Source: Candidatus Deferrimicrobium sp. | GTDB taxonomy: Bacteria; Zixibacteria; MSB-5A5; GN15; FEB-12 | Direction: 5' to 3' | DNA length: 58,553 bases | Assembly: GCA_035562415.1 (NCBI GenBank) | Contig: DATMWY010000204.1 | Coordinates: forward strand, 1-58,553 | Shown: positions 45,349 through 52,920 of the stretch, piece after piece | Layout: every line of letters starts with the position of its first letter | Numbering within the stretch: position 1 is the stretch's first letter | Notes under the pieces: model-generated | What the model saw: only the letters and a program-made list of their open reading frames with translations | What the model was told of the DNA's origin: nothing | The model's database searches: none | Made by a program: the position numbers and the translations under genes

Positions 45349-45603
45349 TTACTTTGATGATCGAAAAACCACGACATTGTCATGTTCATTACCGAATCGG
45401 ACCGAGTGCGCTACCGTTGCCAGCTTGCCGGTGATGCACATATAGGCCCAGGGAGGGATAATAGTGGAATGGCACCCCCGGACGAGAACTTTTTTTCCAA
45501 GACATTTGGACCAGTCGTACCGTTCGATCTGATCAAGAAATGCCTGCTCCGCAAAGCTCTTGCCGCCAAGGAATTGCTCCGGATCGATAACCTCAAACGG
45601 CAT
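45349..45603 (-). CDS. Short DUF2480-like protein
   Basis: 84 aa. ERYDWSKCLGKKVLVRGCHSTIIPPWAYMCITGKL resembles, from memory, the C-terminal half of Bacteroidota DUF2480 proteins. Starts 3 nt after the hesB-like stop. Confidence 0.5.
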   Translation of the reverse strand: MPFEVIDPEQFLGGKSFAEQAFLDQIERYDWSKCLGKKVLVRGCHSTIIPPWAYMCITGKLATVAHSVRFGNEHDNVVVFRSSK

Positions 45604-45606
45604 TTC

Positions 45607-45966
45607 TTAGCAGCTAAACGAGGAACCGCAGCCGCAGGAACGTTTGGCTTTCGGGTTTTCAAAACTGAAACCGCCCCCCATGAGGCCAGCCTTATAGTCC
45701 AGGGTCGTCCCCGCGAGATACATCAACGCCTTCAGATCAACGACCACTTCCAGCCCGTCGAAGTCGAACAGCCGATCGAATTCGCTTCGATCCGAGTCAA
45801 ATGCCATCGTATACGACAGGCCGGAACAGCCGCCGGCCGACACGCCCAGGCGCAGAAACAAGTTTGCCTGCTTTTCCAAGGTCATCAGGCGCTTGACCTC
45901 GACGACCGCGGCTGGTGTCAGATGCACGGGGCTCTCGATATTCGTCTCACTAACGTTGCTGGCCAT
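45607..45966 (-). CDS. HesB/IscA/ErpA-family iron-sulfur cluster insertion protein
   Basis: LTPAAVVEVKRL..LRLGVSAGGCSGLSY..C-terminal CGCGSSFSC. Confidence 0.9.
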   Translation of the reverse strand: MASNVSETNIESPVHLTPAAVVEVKRLMTLEKQANLFLRLGVSAGGCSGLSYTMAFDSDRSEFDRLFDFDGLEVVVDLKALMYLAGTTLDYKAGLMGGGFSFENPKAKRSCGCGSSFSC

Positions 45967-46353
45967 GTTCACCTTTGCGCAAGTCGGGTTTGAACTGTTT
46001 CACGGCAATTCGGGCCGTCGACGCTCGGCGGCCTTCATTACCCAAAGAACACATGTTGTCCTCTTTTTTGTTCCTCAGCGCAAAAGTTTTTTGACTTTTG
46101 ACAAGGCGCCGGCCATATTCGCGGCGATTCTTTGGATTATGTATGTCGCTGGGTTATCGTGAGATACGGCACGAAAGGCGCGCCTCGACTGAGGAGCCGG
46201 CGAACCGGAATTTGAACCGCCCCGGCGATTTTGTTGTGGACATCGTATGTCTTTTTTCGTAGTTTAACACGGACAACGTGGAAACAAGAAGATATATTCC
46301 GCGTTAAAGAGTGAAAAGATAGGCAGAACGCACATAACAGAAGGGATGCAACC

Positions 46354-46767
46354 ATGCATTTGTCACGAAAGTCCGATTACGCGCTCCGAGCGGTTCGGCA
46401 CCTGTCGAACCTGCCCTCGGGCAAGCTCGGCTCGATCAATTCCATCGCCGAAGGAGAAGCGATTCCCAGAGAGTTCCTGGCCAAGATTCTCAAGGACTTA
46501 ACGCGCGGCGGCATTCTGGTTTCCTTTCAGGGTGTTACCGGCGGCTACCGCCTGGCTCGCCCGTCCAAGGAAGTCAGTTTTCTCGACGTCATCGAGGCTA
46601 TTGACGGGCCGGTGCACTTGAACCTGTGCACCCAGGGGAAAAACTGCGGCTGCGACCAGTATGACTCCTGTGAGATGCGCCGATTCTGGGAAGGCCAGGA
46701 AGTGGTCTTCAAGAAGATGCTGGAGAAGCAGAACTTCACCAAGTATAAAATAAGAGGCCGCAGATAA
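46354..46767 (+). CDS. Rrf2-family transcriptional regulator (IscR-like)
   Basis: MHLSRKSDYALRAVRHLS.., winged helix, and C-terminal Cys cluster (CTQGKNCGCDQYDSC). Confidence 0.88.
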   Translation: MHLSRKSDYALRAVRHLSNLPSGKLGSINSIAEGEAIPREFLAKILKDLTRGGILVSFQGVTGGYRLARPSKEVSFLDVIEAIDGPVHLNLCTQGKNCGCDQYDSCEMRRFWEGQEVVFKKMLEKQNFTKYKIRGRR

Positions 46768-46931
46768 CCGTCGCTCCCGGGCAGCCGGGGGCTATAACTC
46801 TTCGAAGCGCGAAGCGGTTACAAAACCGCCCGGGCGTAGGCGTCGGCTTTTGGGCCGCTCTTCATCGCATTATACTGAACCTCATGGTGGTCGGCATAGA
46901 ACGCCGCCGGGATTCGTGAGTTCCTAAACTC

Positions 46932-46957
46932 AGGGGCTTTATCACAGGCCCCTTTTT
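46932..46957 (+). terminator. Rho-independent terminator
   Basis: AGGGGC-10 nt loop-GCCCCT followed by TTTTT. Confidence 0.7.
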
Positions 46958-47106
46958 CGTTATATTCTCTTAAGATACTATAGCGTGTCCGAGGACCGGC
47001 CGGCGCGGGCTGATCTTCGGCTGCTATGGAGACGGTAGTTTGGAGTGATCTTTTCGAGATCGGGCATGTTTAAGTAAATAGAGCCGAAAAATCGAGGAGT
47101 CGTGCC

Positions 47107-47991
47107 ATGATAGATTTTAGTGATAAGCAGTACAAAGTCAAAGTTGGCCTGGCCGAGATGCTTAAGGGGGGAGTCATTATGGACGTCACCTCCGATGAGC
47201 AGGCCAAAATCGCGGAGGCGGCCGGTGCGGTCGCAGTGATGGCGCTGGAGCGGGTGCCGTCGGACATCCGGGCGGAAGGAGGCGTGGCCCGCATGGCCGA
47301 TCCGGAGATTATCGAGGCGATCAAACGCGCTGTCACGATTCCGGTTATGGCCAAATGCCGCATCGGGCACATCGCTGAGGCGCAGGTGCTTCAGGCGCTG
47401 GAAGTGGACTTCGTCGATGAATCCGAAGTCCTCACTCCTGCCGACAACAAAAATCACATCAACAAATGGCCGTTCAAAGTTCCCTTTGTCTGCGGCTGCC
47501 GCAACCTGGGCGAGGCGCTGCGGCGAATCTCGGAAGGCGCGGCCCTGATCCGCACGAAAGGCGAGGCGGGCACGGGCGACGTCTCCGAAGCGGTCAAGCA
47601 CCTGCGGGAGATTAACACTGCCATGAAGGCACTGACCGTTTTGCCGGAGGATGAGCTTTACGGAGCCGCTAAGGAGCACCGGGTCTCAATTGAACTGGTC
47701 AAAGTGGTGGCCAAGACCGGCAAACTACCGGTGCCGAATTTTGCCGCCGGCGGGATTGCCACGCCAACCGACGCAGCGTTGTGCATGCTGCTGGGTGCGG
47801 AGTCAGTCTTTGTCGGCTCCGGCATTTTCAAGTCCAACAATCCGGACAAACGCGCCAAAGCGATTGTAAGCGCCACCACGCATTATCAGGACCCGGCAAT
47901 CGTTGCCGAAGCTTCCCGTGGCCTTGGCGGCGCCATGAAGGGCATCCAGGCCCTCTCCATCCCGCAGGAAGAGCTGCTGCAGACGCGGTAG
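47107..47991 (+). CDS. pdxS: Pyridoxal 5'-phosphate synthase, synthase subunit
   Basis: 294 aa: [42 protein letters not shown].. is near-canonical PdxS. Confidence 0.95.
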   Translation: MIDFSDKQYKVKVGLAEMLKGGVIMDVTSDEQAKIAEAAGAVAVMALERVPSDIRAEGGVARMADPEIIEAIKRAVTIPVMAKCRIGHIAEAQVLQALEVDFVDESEVLTPADNKNHINKWPFKVPFVCGCRNLGEALRRISEGAALIRTKGEAGTGDVSEAVKHLREINTAMKALTVLPEDELYGAAKEHRVSIELVKVVAKTGKLPVPNFAAGGIATPTDAALCMLLGAESVFVGSGIFKSNNPDKRAKAIVSATTHYQDPAIVAEASRGLGGAMKGIQALSIPQEELLQTR

Positions 47992-48019
47992 GACAGGATT
48001 AGACGATGACCCAGATTCC

Positions 48020-48724
48020 ATGAATTATAGTATCTATTGTGACGAAAGCTGTCACTTGGAAGGGGACCACCACCCCATCATGGTCCTGGGCGCAGTTTGG
48101 TGTCCCACCTCTTTGACGCGGGCGATTTTCAATCGCATACGAGAAATTAAAATTCGGAATGGATTGAGTCGTGAGTTTGAAGTCAAATGGACGAAGGTTT
48201 CCCCTTCTAAAAACCAAATATACCGTGACCTGCTGGATTATTTCTTTGATGACGACCACCTACATTTCAGATGTCTAGTTGCTGAAAATAAGTACAACCT
48301 GCAACACACCCTGTTTGGTCAGGACCATGATACTTGGTACTACAAAATGTATTTTAATTTGCTGAAAGTGATACTCTCTCCGCACGACACCTTTAGGATC
48401 TACCTCGATATCAAGGATACTAGGTCCGAAAGCAAAGTCGCCAAGTTGCGCGATGTCTTATCGAACAACATGTACGATTTTCAGCGTCGGATTATCGAGC
48501 GAATACAGACCGTCAGATCACATGAAGTGGAGTTAATTCAGCTTGCCGACCTCTTAACTGGGACTATTTCATACTTAAATCGCGGTATTTCGACCAATGA
48601 GGGAAAACTAGCTCTCGTAACACGGATGCAGGAACGTTCTGGCTATCAGCTCACTCAGACCACACTCCTTAAAGAAGAGAAATTAAATCTCTTCAAGTGG
48701 AAACCGGTGCTGCCAAAGTCATGA
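48020..48724 (+). CDS. DUF3800-family protein
   Basis: 234 aa. N-terminal IYCDES acidic motif, C-terminal VELIQLADLLTGTISY. Starts 28 nt after the pdxS stop. AT-richer than the flanks. Confidence 0.8.
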   Translation: MNYSIYCDESCHLEGDHHPIMVLGAVWCPTSLTRAIFNRIREIKIRNGLSREFEVKWTKVSPSKNQIYRDLLDYFFDDDHLHFRCLVAENKYNLQHTLFGQDHDTWYYKMYFNLLKVILSPHDTFRIYLDIKDTRSESKVAKLRDVLSNNMYDFQRRIIERIQTVRSHEVELIQLADLLTGTISYLNRGISTNEGKLALVTRMQERSGYQLTQTTLLKEEKLNLFKWKPVLPKS

Positions 48725-49203
48725 ACGATGAAGTTTCGTGGCTTCCGTCTCTGGTGTTTCTGAGCGCATTCGACGGTGATTGGGAAAGGTACGTGGAGCA
48801 ACTCTACACGTATTTCAAGCAAGATTTCGTCTATTCGCCACCGTTCTTTCGAGGCCAGCGCATCGGGTTAAAGAGGTTTCCCATAACCAAAGGCAAGGAG
48901 GCAACCTTCTGGCACCTAATATCGACTGGTACCAAAGAGCATTATCGGTATCCGGACTTGCGCCGTTGCGAACGAATTAGATGGCCAAGAGCGATCATTG
49001 AGAACGCCGAAGATTCAGTAGTGAAAACCTGGGAAAACATAAGAAATGGCGAAAGGCGCCAGCTTCTCTGGCTGGAACAGCATGAATACTTGGTGATTCT
49101 CGCGCGAAGGGCTGGCTACGCGCTACTTTGGACAGCGTACTTGGTAGATACGTCGCATCAAAGGCGAAAGCTTCAGCAAGAATTCGAGGAATTCCATCAT
49201 TGA
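48721..49203 (+). CDS. Hypothetical protein, translationally coupled partner of the DUF3800 gene
   Basis: 160 aa. Its ATG overlaps the upstream TGA (ATGA at 48721-48724). Protein-like composition (FWHLISTG..RCERIRWPRAIIEN..YLVILARRAGYALLWTAYLV). No family recognised. Confidence 0.7.
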   Translation: MNDEVSWLPSLVFLSAFDGDWERYVEQLYTYFKQDFVYSPPFFRGQRIGLKRFPITKGKEATFWHLISTGTKEHYRYPDLRRCERIRWPRAIIENAEDSVVKTWENIRNGERRQLLWLEQHEYLVILARRAGYALLWTAYLVDTSHQRRKLQQEFEEFHH

Positions 49204-49311
49204 TTAAAAGGCTGACGCCGCCCCGTTTCCGGAACGGCGTCGTTACTCCTTCTACGCATGGTAGATGAGCTTTTTGCTTAATCAACACTTAATATCGTAT
49301 TACTTTAACAC

Positions 49312-49340
49312 TTGTCAAGTACTTCTCAAGTATTTGACAA
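49312..49340. promoter_or_regulatory. 13-bp imperfect palindrome (operator-like) overlapping a TTGACA hexamer
   Basis: TTGTCAAGTACTT-ctc-AAGTATTTGACAA (12 of 13 complementary). TTGACA lies at 49334-49339 and a TATAAT at 49386-49391. Confidence 0.45.
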
Positions 49341-49496
49341 ATTCTTTTGCAGCCTAAGGACAGCCTCGCGTTCAGAAGCTGCACTTATAATGTACATAAT
49401 CTGCTATCGTTTTGAGATATAAGCAGTTACAGGGATCTCGCAAACGACTGAATTGTGATACCTCAATCTCTTCGACTCGAAGTATCTTTCATATCC

Positions 49497-50222
49497 ATGT
49501 CCCGCATCGAATGGACCTCCTCCACCTGGAACCCCGTCACCGGCTGTGACAAGGTCAGTGCCGGGTGTGAGCACTGTTACGCCGAGCGAATGGCGCGGCG
49601 GCTGCAGGCGATGGGAGTAGGCAAATACCGTAACGGCTTTAAGGTGACACTACATCCCGACGTGCTGGATGCGCCATTACAGTGGAAAAAGCCGCAAATG
49701 ATTTTCGTCAACTCCATGAGTGATCTGTTCCACCCGGAGGTGCCCATCGAGTTCGTTCAGCGGATTTTCGATGTAATGAATCGCGCGAATTGGCACGTCT
49801 TCCAAATCTTGACCAAGCGGTCAAAGCCACTAAAGAGACTGCACAGTCGGTTCAGTTGGCCGGAAAACGTCTGGATGGGTGTGACCGTCGAAAGTCGGCA
49901 CTACACATATAGGATAGACGACCTGCGTCAAACGGATGCAAAGGTAAAGTTCCTCTCCCTCGAACCGCTGCTGAGCTCCCTGCCCGGTCTTAACCTGAAT
50001 GGGATCGACTGGGTCGTGGTGGGCGGTGAATCCGGACCGGGCGCGCGGCCAATGAAGAAAGAATGGGTGATTGACATTCAGGCACAATGTCGGCGGCAAG
50101 GCGTTTCCTTTTTCTTCAAGCAATGGGGCGGAGTGAACAAGAAGGCCACCGGCAGGCTCCTCAATGGCCGAACCTGGGATGAAATGCCGTCGATCTCGCC
50201 GGTATTACAGCTAAGCTTGTAG
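49497..50222 (+). CDS. Phage Gp37/Gp68-family (DUF5131) protein with three-Cys motif
   Basis: MSRIEWTSSTWNPVTGCDKVSAGCEHCYAERMA..FVNSMSDLFH..FLSLEPLL..DWVVVGGESGPGARP..FFFKQWGG. Confidence 0.88.
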   Translation: MSRIEWTSSTWNPVTGCDKVSAGCEHCYAERMARRLQAMGVGKYRNGFKVTLHPDVLDAPLQWKKPQMIFVNSMSDLFHPEVPIEFVQRIFDVMNRANWHVFQILTKRSKPLKRLHSRFSWPENVWMGVTVESRHYTYRIDDLRQTDAKVKFLSLEPLLSSLPGLNLNGIDWVVVGGESGPGARPMKKEWVIDIQAQCRRQGVSFFFKQWGGVNKKATGRLLNGRTWDEMPSISPVLQLSL

Positions 50223-50380
50223 ACATCGTTGAGATTGCCGCGTCGTCCCGATATTTGCATGTCGGGACTCCTCGCAATGACCGCACTGAGGTTTTCCGGC
50301 AGGCCCTCAGTTTGGGGGTGCCGCCCGTGATACTCTTTCGTATCTTGGCACAAACCGGTAACTGACTTGTTGAATACACG

Positions 50381-50980
50381 ATGAACAAATACTCGAGTCT
50401 GAAAGTCGGCGTCCTGGCGCTTCAGGGGGATTATGCGCGGCACTGCTATCAACTTGAACTGCTTGGAGTTACGCCAGTCGAAGTGCGCACCGCAGAAGCT
50501 CTTGTGAAAGTCGCGGCGCTGATAATCCCCGGCGGTGAGTCGACCACGATAAACACGCTCATCGATCGTTTTGACCTGCGCCGGCCGCTGGTCGAATTCG
50601 GCCAGGCGAAGGGCGTTTGGGGCACTTGTGCCGGTATGATTATGATGGCCAAAAACGTTGAGGAGAATCGGGCCGGACTCACTCCGCTGGGTCTGATCGA
50701 CATCGACGTCGTTCGCAACGGCTATGGTAGACAGGTCTTTTCATTTGAAGAATCACTGACTGCCGATCTCGGCAACGGCCCGGCCGGTCTCACGGCAACT
50801 TTCATCAGGGCGCCCAGAGTGACGCGGCTGGGGGCTAAGGTACAGGCGCTGGCCGCGTATCGGAACTCGCCCGTGCTGCTCCGGCAGGGACATCTCGTGG
50901 CCAGTTCGTTTCACAGCGAATTGGATGATGACACGACGTTGCTGCGATATTTTTTGCAAAAGGTTGTTGGCGGAGCTTAA
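50381..50980 (+). CDS. pdxT: Pyridoxal 5'-phosphate synthase, glutaminase subunit
   Basis: KVGVLALQGDYARH..LIIPGGESTT..WGTCAGMIMMA..SSFHSEL. Confidence 0.93.
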   Translation: MNKYSSLKVGVLALQGDYARHCYQLELLGVTPVEVRTAEALVKVAALIIPGGESTTINTLIDRFDLRRPLVEFGQAKGVWGTCAGMIMMAKNVEENRAGLTPLGLIDIDVVRNGYGRQVFSFEESLTADLGNGPAGLTATFIRAPRVTRLGAKVQALAAYRNSPVLLRQGHLVASSFHSELDDDTTLLRYFLQKVVGGA

Positions 50981-51001
50981 AGCTTAACATATAATATATC
51001 G

Positions 51002-51964
51002 ATGCACAAAGTCCTCTTTACGCAATCGGCCGGAGAAAACTCGGCGCACAGTGCGCTGCCGAAAGCACCCCCGCCACAGCAGCGAGCGCTCGTGCCGCAG
51101 GCGCATCTGCCGCGCTGGATTAAGGTCACCGGCACGTTTGGCCCGAACTACGCTCGCGTCAAGAGCGTGTTGAAAGAGCACGGCCTGCACTCGGTTTGCC
51201 AGGAGGCTGCCTGTCCGAACATCCGCGAGTGTTTCGATGAAGGCACTGCCACGTTCATGATTCTCGGCAATCGCTGCACGCGCGGCTGCAATTTCTGCGA
51301 CGTGCTGAAGGCTCAGCCGCTGGGCCTTGACGAAGACGAACCGGCGCGTCTGGCCGAAGTCGTCGCCAAACTGCATCTCAAGCAGGTGGTCATCACGTCG
51401 GTTACCCGCGACGACCTGCCCGACGGCGGCGCGTCGATTTTCGCGCGAACCGCGCGCCTGCTGCGCCAGCGGGACCGGGACGTAAAAATCGAATTTCTCA
51501 TTCCCGACCTGCGAGGTGATCGCGACGCGCTCTACGTTATTCTCGACAGCGGAATCGACGTGCTCGCCCATAACGTGGAAACGGTATCGCGCCTGTACAA
51601 ACGGGTACGGCCGGGTATGAAGCTCGATCGCTCGCTGGGCATTCTTCGCCTGGCATCGGACTATCGGCCCCGTCCGGTCGTGAAGAGCGGCTTCATGGTC
51701 GGACTCGGCGAAACTCTCGATGAGCTGGTCGAATTGATGCACCAGATTTACGCTGCCGGTTGCGACATTCTCACGATCGGACAGTACCTGCGCCCATCGC
51801 CGTCTCACCTGCCGGTGGAACGATTTTACCGCCCTGAGGAATTCACCGAGCTGTCTCGAATCGGCGCGGCCGTCGGGTTCGCCCACGTCGAAGCCGCCCC
51901 GCTGGTACGCAGCTCCTACAAAGCATTTCATCAATCCCAAAAGCTGCTGGAGTCGGTATGCTGA
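51002..51964 (+). CDS. lipA: Lipoyl synthase
   Basis: VCQEAACPNIRECF and radical-SAM CTRGCNFCDV motifs. Confidence 0.93.
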   Translation: MHKVLFTQSAGENSAHSALPKAPPPQQRALVPQAHLPRWIKVTGTFGPNYARVKSVLKEHGLHSVCQEAACPNIRECFDEGTATFMILGNRCTRGCNFCDVLKAQPLGLDEDEPARLAEVVAKLHLKQVVITSVTRDDLPDGGASIFARTARLLRQRDRDVKIEFLIPDLRGDRDALYVILDSGIDVLAHNVETVSRLYKRVRPGMKLDRSLGILRLASDYRPRPVVKSGFMVGLGETLDELVELMHQIYAAGCDILTIGQYLRPSPSHLPVERFYRPEEFTELSRIGAAVGFAHVEAAPLVRSSYKAFHQSQKLLESVC

Positions 51965-52881
51965 AGCAGATCATCATGGCGCGGCATCACGGCTTCTGCA
52001 TGGGCGTCAAGCGGGCCATCAGCATTGCCGAGGAGACGGCACAGCAGCAACCTCGCGTCACCATACTCAACGAGATCGTCCACAATGAAGCTGTGGTCGA
52101 GCGCTTTCGACAGCAGGGAGTCGGGCAGGCCTTCTCGGTCGACGACGTCACGGAGGGGACCCTCATCATTTCCGCGCACGGCATTTCGCCTGACGTCATC
52201 AGCACGGCCGAAGCGAGAGGTCTTCAGGTGATCGACGCCACCTGCCCGCTGGTAAGCCGCATCTACACGATTATCGAAAAGGTCGTGCAGCACGGATACC
52301 ACGTCATCCATTTCGGCGACCGCAACCATGATGAAACTCATGGGGTCGTCGGCCATGCTCCGGAACATATAACGGTCGCGAGCACCAAAGAGGAATTACT
52401 GGCGATGCCGGAATGGCCGGATCGGAAGCTCGGCTTGACCGTGCAGACGACTGCTCATATGTCGGAGTTTGCCGAAGTGGAAAAACTGGCTCGGGAGAAA
52501 TGGCCGCATATCGAGATTTTTGACACGGTCTGCAACGCGACCACGCAACGGCAGACCGCCATCATGGACCTGGCGCCGCAGGTCGACATGGTGCTGGTGG
52601 TCGGCTCGGAGACATCGGCCAACTCCACGAGGTTGGCCCGTATTTCGGAGGCAATCTGCGGACGGGGTATCCTGATCGGTTCGGCCGCTGATATCGATGC
52701 GGCCTGGTTTGCCGATGGCGCCGGAGTCGAAAGCGTCGGTGTATCCGCGGGAGCATCGACACCGGACTTTCTCGTTGATGAAGTTATAAAACGACTGGTA
52801 GAGATTTCCGGCGGTACGGCTGAGGTCATTCTGCCTGAGAAGAAAAGTCGTGTCAGGGGAAAAGTTGAGGCCACGAACTAA
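51958..52881 (+). CDS. ispH: 4-hydroxy-3-methylbut-2-enyl diphosphate reductase
   Basis: ARHHGFCMGVKRAI..NEIVHN..SAHG..DATCPLV..VVGSETSANSTRL. The start overlaps the lipA stop (ATGCTGA). Confidence 0.92.
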   Translation: MLKQIIMARHHGFCMGVKRAISIAEETAQQQPRVTILNEIVHNEAVVERFRQQGVGQAFSVDDVTEGTLIISAHGISPDVISTAEARGLQVIDATCPLVSRIYTIIEKVVQHGYHVIHFGDRNHDETHGVVGHAPEHITVASTKEELLAMPEWPDRKLGLTVQTTAHMSEFAEVEKLAREKWPHIEIFDTVCNATTQRQTAIMDLAPQVDMVLVVGSETSANSTRLARISEAICGRGILIGSAADIDAAWFADGAGVESVGVSAGASTPDFLVDEVIKRLVEISGGTAEVILPEKKSRVRGKVEATN

Positions 52882-52920
52882 TAGTATCCGAACTTTGAAT
52901 TGCAATTTATAGAATAACGT

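Noticed and set aside
50984-51940. 318-aa ORF antisense to lipA. Similar long antisense ORFs include 3307-4248, 10719-11351, 20757-21641, 26212-27396, 35840-36664, 39750-40571, 42744-43742 and 46978-47679
   Set aside because: Each lies opposite a gene with unmistakable family motifs. Their translations are Arg/Gly/Ala-rich and low in complexity, typical shadow ORFs of GC-rich DNA.
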